Source: an uncultured delta proteobacterium
GTDB lineage: Bacteria; Desulfobacterota; Binatia; UBA9968
DNA: 64,000 bases
NCBI GenBank assembly: GCA_963760795.1
Contig: CAVXEP010000034.1
Span: 1 to 64,000, forward strand
Direction: 5' to 3'
Below, piece by piece: positions 50,984-61,409 of the stretch. A program made the translations under genes and the position numbers. The number at the start of each line of letters is the position of its first letter. Position 1 is the first letter of the stretch. Under the pieces are notes generated by a model. It was not told the origin of the DNA and did not search any database. It saw nothing but the letters and a program-made list of their open reading frames with translations.

Positions 50984-52810
50984 TTACCGGCCGACGCGCT
51001 TTTTCTTGTTGTTGAGATAATCGACCATGATGTAGTTGCCCATCTGGTCGGGCGTCGTGTAGAAGACCCGTCCGATGTTCAAGCGCGATAGCTGGTCGAC
51101 GAATCCCTGGCGGTAGTAATCGGCGCCGAGCATGAAGGTGTTGATCTTGATGCCGCTCTGGGTGCAGCGTTTCACTTCTTTCAAGGTTTCGTGCACGATC
51201 CGGCCGTGCAGCATCGCCGAGCCCCAGCCGCTATGCAGCCGGCCACCGCGGTCGAGGGTTGCCGCTGTCGGCTCGCCGTCGGTGATCAATATTATCTGCC
51301 GGTTGGCGCTGCGATTCGATCCCAACAGCTGGCGCGCGTAGCGCAAGGCTTCTTTGATATCCGTGCCATGCTCCATGAAGTAGGTGAGCGAAACGATGGA
51401 CGGCAGATCTTCGGCTTGAATCAACTTGGCATTGGAACGAAATGCCACCAGGTGGAGCGTGTCCTGGGGATATTTCGTCTGGATCAGGCGATGCAGCGCC
51501 AGGGCGACTTTCTTGCCAGCGTGGAGCGCGTCGTTCATCAGCATCGAGTAGCTCACGTCGATCAACAAAGCGGTCTCGGCGACAGTCGAATACTCGACCC
51601 GGTGCACTGAGAAATCTTCCGGGTGAATTCTCAGCGGCTCGCCTTGCTTGCGTCTCTCTAACGCGTTGAGCACCGTCTCGCTGATATTGATGTTCATCGG
51701 GTCGCCATACTCGTAGAGCTTGGTTTCTTCCATGTGCTCGCCCTGGGAGCCGCGCGCGGAAGTGTCATGATTGCCCCAGCGGCTTTTGTTGAGCATCTGA
51801 AAGATTTCGCGGAGCGCCTTATCGCCGATCTTACGCATGCCTTTGGCGGTCAGCTTTAGGCCGTGGCTGCCGCGAACGATAAAGCCTTCCTCTTCGAGCA
51901 TCTGCTCGACATTCTGCAAATATTTTAGATTCTCGTAAGCTTCTTCGCCGAGGATCTCGCGCAGCTCGTCTAGATTCAAATCCGATGGATCGCCCATGCC
52001 GCGCTGGCCCCAGCGCAGAAAGCGTTCCAGGCCGCGCAACTGGCTCAACACCTGCCCGGCCTCGCCCATGCCCATGCGCTGGGAGCCCTGGAACGGGAAC
52101 TGGTTCATCAACTGTTCCAACTGCTGCATCTGATTCATCATGTCGCTCATCTGCTGCAGCTGTTCCTCGGTCATGTTGCTCATGTTTTCCAACATGCTTT
52201 CGAGGTTGTTGATGGCGTTGTCCATCATGCTCGGCAAGTTTTTGAGGAAGTCCTCGTTGTTCAATAGCTCGCTCATGCGGTCGAGCATGTCCATCAGCGA
52301 CTGCGGGTTCTGCTCGCCGCTCATGTTCGGCTTGCCTTGCATGCCGCGTTCTTGGATCTGCTGCTTCAAGCGTTGCTGCAGCTCCTGGTAGCGCTGGTAG
52401 GCCTCCGACATTTTCTGACCGAGTTCGTCCATGCGGTCGGCGAACTTGCCGGACATGCGCTCCATGAAGTTGCGCATCTGCTCATTGTAGGCTTCCATCT
52501 TGTCGGCGAGGTTGCCAAGCTTTTCACTGAGCTTTTGCTGCTCTTCAGGGGTCAGTTTGAAAGAGTCGGGGGAGTATTTATTGAGCAGCTCGCGGCGCTT
52601 CTCATCGGCCTGGCGCAGGAAATCGCGCATGCCTTTGACCGAGCGCTGGCCGTCTTCGGAGGTAAAGCCCCGCCGCATCATGTCGCGCAAGGCGCGGCGC
52701 ACGCCCTCTTCCTCTAGCAGATGGTCGGAGAGCTGGTTGATGATGTCGTCGGTAGTGGGAAAGAGAATTTCCTGCGTGCCATCCCACTGGGTGTAACGAT
52801 GGATTCTCAT
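50984..52810 (-). CDS. VWA-domain protein with Met/Gln-rich helical insertion
   Basis: RYTQWDG N-terminus, LTAKGMRKIG..AL, YEYGD, MIDAS DVSYSM, T, ITDGEP, INTFML. Confidence 0.87.
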   Translation of the reverse strand: MRIHRYTQWDGTQEILFPTTDDIINQLSDHLLEEEGVRRALRDMMRRGFTSEDGQRSVKGMRDFLRQADEKRRELLNKYSPDSFKLTPEEQQKLSEKLGNLADKMEAYNEQMRNFMERMSGKFADRMDELGQKMSEAYQRYQELQQRLKQQIQERGMQGKPNMSGEQNPQSLMDMLDRMSELLNNEDFLKNLPSMMDNAINNLESMLENMSNMTEEQLQQMSDMMNQMQQLEQLMNQFPFQGSQRMGMGEAGQVLSQLRGLERFLRWGQRGMGDPSDLNLDELREILGEEAYENLKYLQNVEQMLEEEGFIVRGSHGLKLTAKGMRKIGDKALREIFQMLNKSRWGNHDTSARGSQGEHMEETKLYEYGDPMNINISETVLNALERRKQGEPLRIHPEDFSVHRVEYSTVAETALLIDVSYSMLMNDALHAGKKVALALHRLIQTKYPQDTLHLVAFRSNAKLIQAEDLPSIVSLTYFMEHGTDIKEALRYARQLLGSNRSANRQIILITDGEPTAATLDRGGRLHSGWGSAMLHGRIVHETLKEVKRCTQSGIKINTFMLGADYYRQGFVDQLSRLNIGRVFYTTPDQMGNYIMVDYLNNKKKRVGR

Positions 52811-52957
52811 TTGCGTTGGACTATAGCGCAGTTCCTGCTCGTTTCAAACCCAAAATATTGCCGTCGCCTTGGACCCCGAGGAGGCCGCGAAAACTCCGAC
52901 CTAACCCTTTGGAAATGGCGCGGACTTCGTATAGAAATTAGAGAGCGATCAATTACC

Positions 52958-54083
52958 ATGAAACATTTTGCTTACGTCATTGTCGGCGCCGGTTTCGCCG
53001 GCGCCGCCACCGCTTACCATTTGGCTCGCCAGGGGGTTGCCGATGTCCTGGTTTTGGAACAGGAAAGCATCCCGGGATTTCACGCTTCAGGACGCAATGC
53101 GGCGATGCTGCGCCAGTGTATCGCCGAGCCCGACCTGACTAAGCTGGCGCTCGATGGCGCGGCGTTTATCCGCAACCTGCCGGCGGATTGGCCGGAGCCG
53201 GTGCTATTCAAGAACAACGGCTCGTTGTTACTCGGCAGCGGTGCCGGCTGGGAAAAGCTAAAACGGGATGGCGAGATTGGCCGGAGTGTCGGCGTTCCCG
53301 GTATCGCCGAGTGGTCGCCGGAACAGAGCGATCGGCCATGTGCCGGTGCTCAAAGAGGCTGAGTTCGACGGCGCGCTGTGGTGCGCCAGCGACGGCGTCG
53401 TCGACATTCATGCGCTCTTGTCAGGTTATCTAAAGTTCGCCGCCAGCCGGGGCGCGCAGATTCGCTACAGTGCCGGGCTTCGGGCCGTGCGCGCGCGTCA
53501 GGGCGCGGATATCGAGTTGGATACCGCCGAGGGCGTCGTGAGTTGCAAGGTCTTAGTCAATGCCAGCGGCGCCTGGGCGAACGTCGTTGCTGAGTTGGCC
53601 GGCGCACGGCCACTGCCGTTGCGCGCCTGCCGGCGCCACTTGTTTGTCTCGCCGCCGCTGGCGTGGATCGATCGCAGTTGGCCGTTTGTCTGGGACGTCA
53701 CCCATGATATCTATTTTCGCCCGGAGGGTGACGGCTTGCTGCTCTGTGCTTGCGACCAGACCGAATTAGCGCCGGGCGATCCGCCGGTGGATGAATGCGT
53801 TAAAGAAATGCTCGCCGAGAAAATCCAGCGCCATATGCCGGGCCTATCCGAAGTGTCCATCAGCCGCGGCTGGGCCGGATTGCGCACGCTGACCCCGGAC
53901 GGCCGCTTCGTCATAGGTTGGGACAAGAAAGTCGATGGGCTGTTCTGGGTCGCCGGCCTCGGCGGTCATGGCATGACGACCAGCGCGGCGGTGGGTGAGT
54001 TGGCGGCGGCGTTGCTGGTTGGCGGGCCGGGCCAGCGCTCGGCGCCGTTTGCGCCGGAGCGATTCGATGAAGAATTGGTGTAA
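52958..54083 (+). CDS. FAD-dependent oxidoreductase, DAO/sarcosine oxidase beta-like (frameshift near 53330)
   Basis: VIVGAGFAG, ASGRNAAM, VNASGAWA, WAGLR..TPDGRFVIG, GLGGHG. Confidence 0.87.
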
Positions 54084-54098
54084 TGGAGTTGTGCGTTA

Positions 54099-55049
54099 AT
54101 GGAGTACTGGAGAAGATCAAGTCATCAGTGGATCATTGTCCTGGTGGCGCTGCTTGCCGCCGTTTCGCTGGGTGATGCGGCGCAACCGACCAAAGTGCGC
54201 ATGTCCTACTCGAGCCGGAGTAACTCGAACACGCCGTTTGTCATCGCCTATCGCAAGGGCTTCTTTGCCGAGGAGGGGATGGACGTGGAGATGATCCAAG
54301 TCAATCCGCGGCTGGGCGCCACCGCGTTGCTAAACGGCGATATCGATTTTACCGCAACCTTCGGCAGCACGTTGCGCGGCATTGTCGGCGGCTTTCCGAT
54401 CAAGTTTGTCGCCGTGTCGGTGAAAAAGTCCGAACACTTCTTAATCGTCAGGCCGGAGATCAAAGAAATTCGCGATCTCAACGGCAAGAAACTCGGCGTC
54501 GCGACGCTGTTCGGTTCGGATCAAAAGGCCGCCGAAGAAATGATCCGCGCCAAAGGTTTTTCCCCGAACATGATCAAGCCGATCACGCTCGGCGAAGCGC
54601 CGGTGCGGGCGCAGGCGCTGCGCTCGGGGTTGGTCGATGCGATCTCGGTTTCCTCGCCCTTCGATTTGAGCCTGCAAACCGAGGGCTTTCGCGCCTTGGC
54701 CGGGCCCAAGGATATCGAAATTGCCTTGCCGACTTCCGGCATCGCGGTGGCCACCCGCTTGCTGCAACAGAATCCCCAGCATGTAAAACGAGTGGTGCGG
54801 GCGTTGATGAAGGCGCACCGTTTCGTTTTCGACAATCGCAAAGAAGTGGTGCCGCAGATGATCCGTTATCTGGAGCAGAGCCCTGAGGTGGCCGAACGGT
54901 CCTACGACCTGATAGTTAACTCGCTCAGCCGCAACGGCGAGATCACCGATCATGAGTGGGAAGTGCTGACCGAGAAAAAGAAGACGGCGGATGAGGTGCG
55001 CGATTTCACGCTGCTGCGCGAAGTGCAGAAAGAATTGAAGATTCGATGA
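54099..55049 (+). CDS. SsuA/THI5-like substrate-binding protein
   Basis: Signal peptide, KGFFAEEGMDVE, ALLNGDIDF, DLNGKKLGV, ALRSGLVDA, DFTLLREV. Confidence 0.85.
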   Translation: MEYWRRSSHQWIIVLVALLAAVSLGDAAQPTKVRMSYSSRSNSNTPFVIAYRKGFFAEEGMDVEMIQVNPRLGATALLNGDIDFTATFGSTLRGIVGGFPIKFVAVSVKKSEHFLIVRPEIKEIRDLNGKKLGVATLFGSDQKAAEEMIRAKGFSPNMIKPITLGEAPVRAQALRSGLVDAISVSSPFDLSLQTEGFRALAGPKDIEIALPTSGIAVATRLLQQNPQHVKRVVRALMKAHRFVFDNRKEVVPQMIRYLEQSPEVAERSYDLIVNSLSRNGEITDHEWEVLTEKKKTADEVRDFTLLREVQKELKIR

Positions 55050-55159
55050 CGGAGCACTAAGCGTTGGGACGTCTCCCAGCGTCAGCCTGGACAGGACGCC
55101 ACCTGACGCAATATTTCCGATGTTTTTGCCAGACGTACCGACCAGTCGCGAGGTGACAC

Positions 55160-55936
55160 ATGAACATTGCTATCGAACGAGGAAAAAAATATTCCTCACA
55201 GGAAGCCAAGGCGATCGTCGATGGACTCTATGCCAAAGTGCGCGAGCGCTGGGAGGCGCGGGTCAATCAAAAGCCGTTCATGCAGCAGTTGATGGCCGGC
55301 AGGCTGCCGCATAAAACCTTGCAGCTGTTTTTTCGCAACTGGGGCGCGTACACCATCGAGATCAACACGCTGACCGCTTGCACCTACCATCGCAATATCA
55401 CCTTTCTCAAGGTGAATCGCGATCTGATGGGGCCGATTGGCGAGAAGATCGCCGACGAGTTTATTCATCCCAAACCGCCGGGCCATTTTCTCGTCATGAT
55501 GGAAACGGCGAAAGCGCTGGGTCTCAGCGAAGACGAAGTTTTCACCTCCTCGATGCTGTCGGAATTTCGCGGCAAGATCGATTTCATGCGCACCATCGTT
55601 TACGAGGGTTCGGCGGCGGAGTGGTACTCGGCGGTGACCACCGAGGAGCAGATCGGCCACTGGTCGGCGGCCTGTTACCAAGCGCTAACCACGCATTATG
55701 GTTTTGACCGCGCCAAAGCCACTTATTTCGCCACTCATGTCGAAGCGGACTTGGAAGAGCATGAAGAGGGCATCATGGGCCACGCGAGTTTCAATCGCAT
55801 GGCGTTGCAGCGGCTGCTCGAAACCGGCATGGCTGAAGAGCGGCCGACCTATGGTTTGGAATACTGCGCCATGACTTCGGTGGACCTGCACGGCGCGATG
55901 CTGCGCTCGGCCATGGATGAAGCGGAGCGGGGGTAG
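55160..55936 (+). CDS. Heme-oxygenase-like diiron protein (TenA/PqqC/CADD-like), HDO-1
   Basis: All-helical. PFMQQLMAG.L, ADEF..H...GH, ALGL, TEE, YF.THVEADLEEH. Confidence 0.75.
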   Translation: MNIAIERGKKYSSQEAKAIVDGLYAKVRERWEARVNQKPFMQQLMAGRLPHKTLQLFFRNWGAYTIEINTLTACTYHRNITFLKVNRDLMGPIGEKIADEFIHPKPPGHFLVMMETAKALGLSEDEVFTSSMLSEFRGKIDFMRTIVYEGSAAEWYSAVTTEEQIGHWSAACYQALTTHYGFDRAKATYFATHVEADLEEHEEGIMGHASFNRMALQRLLETGMAEERPTYGLEYCAMTSVDLHGAMLRSAMDEAERG

Positions 55937-56045
55937 AAAGATTCACCACGGAGGGCACAGAAATCACAGAGTGAAGATTCGGATTCGTAATGTTGGCCGC
56001 AAAGAACGCAAAAGGCGCAAATGAAGAATACTTTCGGAGGTTTCT

Positions 56046-56970
56046 ATGAAAGAAGTTAGAGGCATGGTGTTACCGAGTCCGACGGTGTTTCGCGAGGATG
56101 GCAGGGTCGACGAGCCGCTCATGCGCGAGCTGACCGAATGGTTTGTCGCCAGCGGCGTACAGGCGTTTTTTATTCTGGGCTCCTACGGCCAGGGGGCGGC
56201 GATGCATCCGGAGGAGCGCAAAAACGTCGCCGAGATCGTGGTCCAACAAGTGAAGCATCGGGTGCCGGTGGTGGTGCATATCGGCGCGGTCGATCCCTTA
56301 TACCGCCATCGACCTCGGCCAGCATGCCAAGGCGATCGGTGCCGAGGCCATCGGCCATGTCGGGCCTTACTATTACGCTGACCGCTCGGAGTACGAGATT
56401 ATCGAGCATATTAAAATGGTCGACCGTGCCGTTGGCATGCCCATGCTCATCTACAACAACCCGCGCTATTCCGGCTATAACATTCAGCCCAACTTCATGG
56501 CGCGTCTGGTCGAAGCCGTGCCGAATATTTTCGGCGCCAAGCTGGCGATGGGCAGCGTCGATGAAGCGATGGCTTACATGAAGGCGGTCAAGGCACCTTT
56601 CGCGCCCTACGCGTTGGCGAGCAACTTGGTTGCAGCGATGTCGGTGGGCGTCGCCGGGACGATTAGTCCGCCCTTGGCGGTGACCCCGGAGATCGGCGTC
56701 GAGTTGGTCCGCGCCATCGACGCCGGCGACGCTGTGCGCGCCCTGGCGTTGCAGAAAGACGTGATCCGCATTCACGATATTTTCCTGCGTTTGGCCGGTC
56801 CATTTGGCCGGACTATCTATCGCGAAGCGATGCGGCTGCGCGGTTTCGACGTGAAAATGTATCCGCGTTGGCCGTCCAAGCCGCTCAGCCGCGAGGCCTA
56901 CGACGAGCTGCGCGACTTGCTCACCGAACTGAAAATTATCGCCGTGGCCGGTCAAGTGAGGAGTGCCTAG
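56046..56970 (+). CDS. DapA/NanA-family class I aldolase/lyase (frameshift near 56297)
   Basis: FREDGRVD, LGSYGQG, EER, RVPVVVHIG, GPYYY, LIYNNP, Schiff-base Lys in FGAKL. Confidence 0.82.
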
Positions 56971-56975
56971 GCGGC

Positions 56976-57921
56976 ATGAAGATAAACCGTCTGCTTGGGA
57001 TCGTTACTATCTTAAGTTTCGGCTCGCTTGCCGGCTCCGCGGCCCGCGCCGAAGAGCGTGTGCGGGTCGCGTTGTCGGTGCGCAACGTGGTCTTTCTGCC
57101 TTTTTACTACGCCAAAGCGCTGCGCATTTACGATAAGCATGGGCTCAACGTCGAGCTGATTCAGATGCGCAGCGATTTGCAGTTGGCGGGCTTGGTGTCT
57201 GGTGAAATCGACTTACACGCCATCGGTGGGCCCGGCGGGAACGGCCATCGCCAACTCGCTGCCGATCAAGGCGCTGGCAATACTCTACCGGGCACCGCTG
57301 TTTTCTCTCGTCAGCCCGGCGGGCACCGCCAACGCGAAAGAGTTGGAGGGTAAGAAAGTCGCGGTGTCGCGCATCGGCTCGGAAAGCCATCGTTATGGTT
57401 CGCTAATGATCGAGAGTGCCGGCGCCGACCCGAAGAAGGTGACCTTCATCCAGACCGGCAGCACGACGATCAGCCTGGCGGCGATTCAACAGGGAACCGT
57501 CAACGCGGCGGTATTGAGCCCGCCGTTTACCGGTATGATGGCGGAAAAAGGTTATAAAATTCTTGCTCGAAGCCGGTCGTTGGCCGAAGCGCCCTGGCTC
57601 GGTCTGGTCGCCAATCGCCAGAAGATAGACAAACAGCCGGAGCAGGTGCGCAACATGCTGCGCTCCATGCGCGATGTGGTGGCGGTGATGCGGCGCGACC
57701 GCGCCGGCGTGATTAGCTATATCGAGAAGGATTTCAAAGTGAGCACGGCCAACGCCACCGAATCCTACGAGGACATCATGGGCGTGACCATGGATAATTT
57801 AACCCTGCGCGACGAGCAGATCCAAAAATATCTCGACAATTCCTTGGCCCGCGGCGAAATCGGCAAACGGCTTATGGTCAATGAAATGTTCGATTTTTCG
57901 TTGCTGCGCAGTTTGAAATAG
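56976..57921 (+). CDS. SsuA/THI5-like substrate-binding protein (frameshift near 57212)
   Basis: Signal peptide, HGLNVELIQM, LVSGEID, LEGKKVAVS, AAVLSPP, FDFSLL. Confidence 0.82.
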
Positions 57922-57952
57922 GTTTTTGCTGAATACCGCCAAAGGAAGAAGC

Positions 57953-58930
57953 ATGTCTGACAAACCGACTCTATCGCTTGCCGCCGGTTACCATTTGCGC
58001 GCCAAGGCGCTGTGCGATGGCCGGGTCGGGCTCAAGAGCTTCGACCTGCGCGCCATCGCTTACGAAAACGATGGCTTGGGCCACGACGAGTTCATGGCCG
58101 GCAAGTTCGACGCCGGCGAGTTCTCCCTGGCGATGTATCTGGCGCTCAAGAGCCGCGCCGCGCCGTATATGGCGATCCCGGTTTTCCCCAATCGCAAATT
58201 TCGCCAGTCCTATATTTTCGTGCCCGAGGGTTCGCCGCTGACCGAGGCGAAGCAGCTCAAGGGCAAGAAGGTTGGCATTCCCAGTTGGCTCAACACCGCC
58301 GGGCTTTGGGCGCGTGGTATCTTGAGCGACGAGTACGGCGTCAAGCCGGCGGATATTCACTGGGTAATGCCGCGCAAAAACAAAGTTGATGTGACGTTGC
58401 CGGCGGGGACGCGGCTCGATGTTGTGGCCAGCGGCGAATCCTTGGCGGCGCGCATGCTCAAAGGCGAATTCGACGCGATCATCGTACCGGACTTTCCCGA
58501 GGAGCGAGGTTGGCGTCGTTTGCTCGCCGATTCCAAAGCCGTGGAACAGGATTTCTTTCGCCGTACGGCCATCTTTCCGACCAGCCATGCGATCACTTTT
58601 CACGCGGCCTATCTGGAGAAACACCCCGGCGCGGCGCAAGAAATGTTCGAGGCTTGTGTCGCGGCCAAGAATCTGGCGCTGCGCGACGACGCCGATGCGA
58701 CCTATTCGAACTTCGTCTGGAATCGCCAGGTGTGGGAAGAGCAGCGCGCGGTAATGGGGGCCGATCCCTGGAAGTTTGGTATCAAGCATAACGAGAAGGT
58801 GTTGAGCACCATGGTCCGCTACGCCGGGGAACAAGGGTTGTTGGCGCAGTCGGTGACGATCGATGATTTGTTTATTTCGTATCAACGAGGCCGATTGAAA
58901 GAAAAGGCATTGAGTACCTTCTCATCCTAA
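57953..58930 (+). CDS. 4,5-dihydroxyphthalate decarboxylase-like / SBP-fold protein
   Basis: L.DGRV, FDAGEFSL, AIPVFP.R.FR, LKGKKVGIP, TAGLWARGIL..EYGV, IFP.SH, DPW.FG, EQGL. No signal peptide. Confidence 0.78.
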   Translation: MSDKPTLSLAAGYHLRAKALCDGRVGLKSFDLRAIAYENDGLGHDEFMAGKFDAGEFSLAMYLALKSRAAPYMAIPVFPNRKFRQSYIFVPEGSPLTEAKQLKGKKVGIPSWLNTAGLWARGILSDEYGVKPADIHWVMPRKNKVDVTLPAGTRLDVVASGESLAARMLKGEFDAIIVPDFPEERGWRRLLADSKAVEQDFFRRTAIFPTSHAITFHAAYLEKHPGAAQEMFEACVAAKNLALRDDADATYSNFVWNRQVWEEQRAVMGADPWKFGIKHNEKVLSTMVRYAGEQGLLAQSVTIDDLFISYQRGRLKEKALSTFSS

Positions 58931-58957
58931 CCTTCTCCCGCGAGGGGAGAAGGGACA
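58917..58957. repeat. CCTTCTCCC...GGGAGAAGG palindromic repeat (related copy at 39891-39925)
   Basis: ccttctcatcctaaccttctccc-gcgag-gggagaagg; compare ccttgccctctcccgc-tgct-gcgggagcgggcaa. Confidence 0.55.
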
Positions 58958-59018
58958 AGACGTCGGAATGGTCGGTTCAATGGCTAAAGTTTTTTCTAGA
59001 ATTCAAACTGTAAATTTC

Positions 59019-60488
59019 ATGGCGATCACGACACATGAGCATGGCGGCCACGGCGATCATGGGCATGATCATGAGGGCGCGGTGGGGCCGCATACCCATT
59101 TGACCAGCGTCGGCATCGATATCGGCTCGTCGACCTCGCACCTGATGTTCTCACAATTGCTGATCGGTTACCCGTCGGTGTTGCAGCGCAAACCGTTGGT
59201 GCTGGAGCGCAAGGTGATCGCGCGCTCGCCGATCCTGCTGACGCCATTTTCCGGCGACTGGAACATCGAGGCTGGACCGCTTAGAGAATTGATTGAGGAA
59301 ACCTTTGCCGCGGCGGGACTCAGTCGGAACGATATCGATACCGGCGCGGTGATTATCACCGGCGAGGCCGCGCGGCGTGATAATGCGGCGAAGATCGCCG
59401 AGTTGTTCGCCGATGAAACCGGTAAGTTCGTCTGCGCCACCGCGGGACCGGCGTTGGAAACCATCATGGCGGCCCATGGTTCGGGGGCGGTGCAGCAGAG
59501 CCGCGACCAGGGACTGACGCTGCTCAATATCGATGTCGGCGGCGGCACGACCAAGATCAGCGTCATCGAGGCAGGGCGGATTCGCGGTACCACAGCGGTC
59601 AATATCGGCGCGCGCTTGGTGGCGCACAACGGTGCAGATGAAATCGTCCGCTTGGAGAAAGGCGGCAGGCGCTTTCTTGCTGACCTCGGTGAAAACCTCG
59701 ACTACGGCGCGAGAGCACCTGTCGAACTGCGCGCGCGCTTGGCAAACCGGATGGCGCGAGCTTTGTTCGATGCAATCGCCAGCGGCGCGCAGCCTTGGGA
59801 TGACTTTTACGTTACCGCGGGATTGGGCGTGCTGCCGAAGATCGATGGCATTCTCTTCTCCGGCGGTGTGTCCGAATATATCTATGCGCGTGAAAGCGCT
59901 TCCTTCGGCGATCTCGGGCCGTTTCTCGGGCGCGCGATTCGCGGCGAAGCGGAAGCCCGCGGGTTCGATATTCTCGACGCCGGTGAAGGCATCCGCGCCA
60001 CGGTTATCGGCGCTTCGCAATACACGGTACAGTTGAGCGGCGAGACGATCTTCGTTCCTGACAGTCTCCATCTGCCGGTGCGTAACCTGCGCGTGTTTGT
60101 CGTGCATTGCGATTGGTCGACGCCGGTGACGGAGCGGATTGAAAAGGCGGTTGTGCAACTGCTCGGCGCGCGCGACCCGGAAGTGCGCGGCTCGCCTTTC
60201 GCTCTGGCATTTTCGACGCCGCCGTTCGTCGGCTACGGCGCGGCGCAAGATATGGCCAAGGGCATCGATGCGGCGTTGGCGCGCTTAGCCGCTGACGACC
60301 GTCCGGTCGCCTTGGTCTTCGGCCAAAACGTCGGCCAGGTGATCGGCGGCATGCTATCGGCCAAATGGAACATGCCGTGCATCGACGAAGTGGCGCTGTC
60401 CGAGTTGGATTTCATCGATGTCGGCGCAGTGGTGCCGGAAGAGGGTTTCGTGCCGGTGGTGATCAAGAGTTTGGCGTTCGGTGTGTAA
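59019..60488 (+). CDS. eutA: EutA-like ASKHA ATPase (reactivase family) with His-rich N-terminus
   Basis: SVGIDIGSST, IITGEAARRDNA, ATAGP.LE, NIDVGGGTT, SGGV.EY, IRATVIGAS, DEV..DFIDVG, VPVVIKSL. N-terminus THEHGGHGDHGHDHE. Confidence 0.85.
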   Translation: MAITTHEHGGHGDHGHDHEGAVGPHTHLTSVGIDIGSSTSHLMFSQLLIGYPSVLQRKPLVLERKVIARSPILLTPFSGDWNIEAGPLRELIEETFAAAGLSRNDIDTGAVIITGEAARRDNAAKIAELFADETGKFVCATAGPALETIMAAHGSGAVQQSRDQGLTLLNIDVGGGTTKISVIEAGRIRGTTAVNIGARLVAHNGADEIVRLEKGGRRFLADLGENLDYGARAPVELRARLANRMARALFDAIASGAQPWDDFYVTAGLGVLPKIDGILFSGGVSEYIYARESASFGDLGPFLGRAIRGEAEARGFDILDAGEGIRATVIGASQYTVQLSGETIFVPDSLHLPVRNLRVFVVHCDWSTPVTERIEKAVVQLLGARDPEVRGSPFALAFSTPPFVGYGAAQDMAKGIDAALARLAADDRPVALVFGQNVGQVIGGMLSAKWNMPCIDEVALSELDFIDVGAVVPEEGFVPVVIKSLAFGV

Positions 60489-60660
60489 GTTCGCTTGGAC
60501 GAGCGGGTGTAATACTTGGCGCATAAGAGCCCATTGGAAGAGGTCAACCGCTTATTGGAGCGCAAACTTGCATGTGTTAAAAATTGACGGGGAGTTGTCG
60601 GACCCGGATCAACTGGCCGCAAAGTACGCAAAGGGCTCAACTAAGAATCGGGAGTCAAAA

Positions 60661-61377
60661 ATGTCCGCGGGAGCGAATGGCTTGGATAATTTGTGGCGGG
60701 AGCTGGTGCGGCTGTGCAACGAGCAGTTCCAGTCCCAGCCGTTCAAGCGTCTGCTGAATAGTAAGATTACCAAACTGCGGGCCCAGCATTACTCGATCCA
60801 GATGGCTTACTATGTGCAGAATCGGCGTGACTGCTGGGGCTATGTGCAGGGTTCGTCGCCCTTGCCGGTCAAACAAATCGTCTGGCGCCATGAAGAGGAC
60901 GAGTTGGTCGGCCAGAAGGCCCAGGGCAAAGTGGATCACATCACCCTGGCAATCAAAGAAGGCGAAGTGTTCGGCCTGAACGCCGAGGCCTTCGAGAAGA
61001 CCGCGCGCTTGGATGGCGGCGAAGTTTGTTTTAGCGCCTGGATTCAGTTGGCGCAGAAATCTTGGCTCGAAGCGATCGCGGCCTCGGCGATCCTGGAAAT
61101 GCGCAATTCCGGCGAGCTTATCGAAGGCGGTTCGTTGTCGCGCCGCATCGCCGCGATCTTTGAGCGCGATCTTGGCATACCGATGAAAAAACAAATCAAC
61201 AATGCCGAGCATGTGGTGATGGACGTCGAGCATGCCCATCTGTTGATGCAGGTGGCCAAGCAGTACGCGACTACGCCGTCGGCGCAAGAGGCGATCCTGT
61301 GCGGCGCGCGTGAAAGCCTGATGATCGACCGCGTCTATCGCGGCCACTTGGCCGACATGTTGGATAGTCTGGACTAA
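60661..61377 (+). CDS. Heme-oxygenase-like diiron protein (CADD/PqqC-like), HDO-2
   Basis: GGAG RBS. WRHEEDEL, DH, LEMRN, HVVMDVEH (H-x3-D-x2-H). Confidence 0.78.
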   Translation: MSAGANGLDNLWRELVRLCNEQFQSQPFKRLLNSKITKLRAQHYSIQMAYYVQNRRDCWGYVQGSSPLPVKQIVWRHEEDELVGQKAQGKVDHITLAIKEGEVFGLNAEAFEKTARLDGGEVCFSAWIQLAQKSWLEAIAASAILEMRNSGELIEGGSLSRRIAAIFERDLGIPMKKQINNAEHVVMDVEHAHLLMQVAKQYATTPSAQEAILCGARESLMIDRVYRGHLADMLDSLD

Positions 61378-61409
61378 CGATTCTGCAGCAGCATTCAGAC
61401 GGAGGAACG

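Noticed and set aside
55050-55159. Riboswitch in the leader of HDO-1 (GCGTCAG...CTGACGC stem)
   Set aside because: Only a single 7-bp stem; I recognise no TPP, cobalamin, SAM or glycine aptamer consensus. An Rfam scan would settle it.
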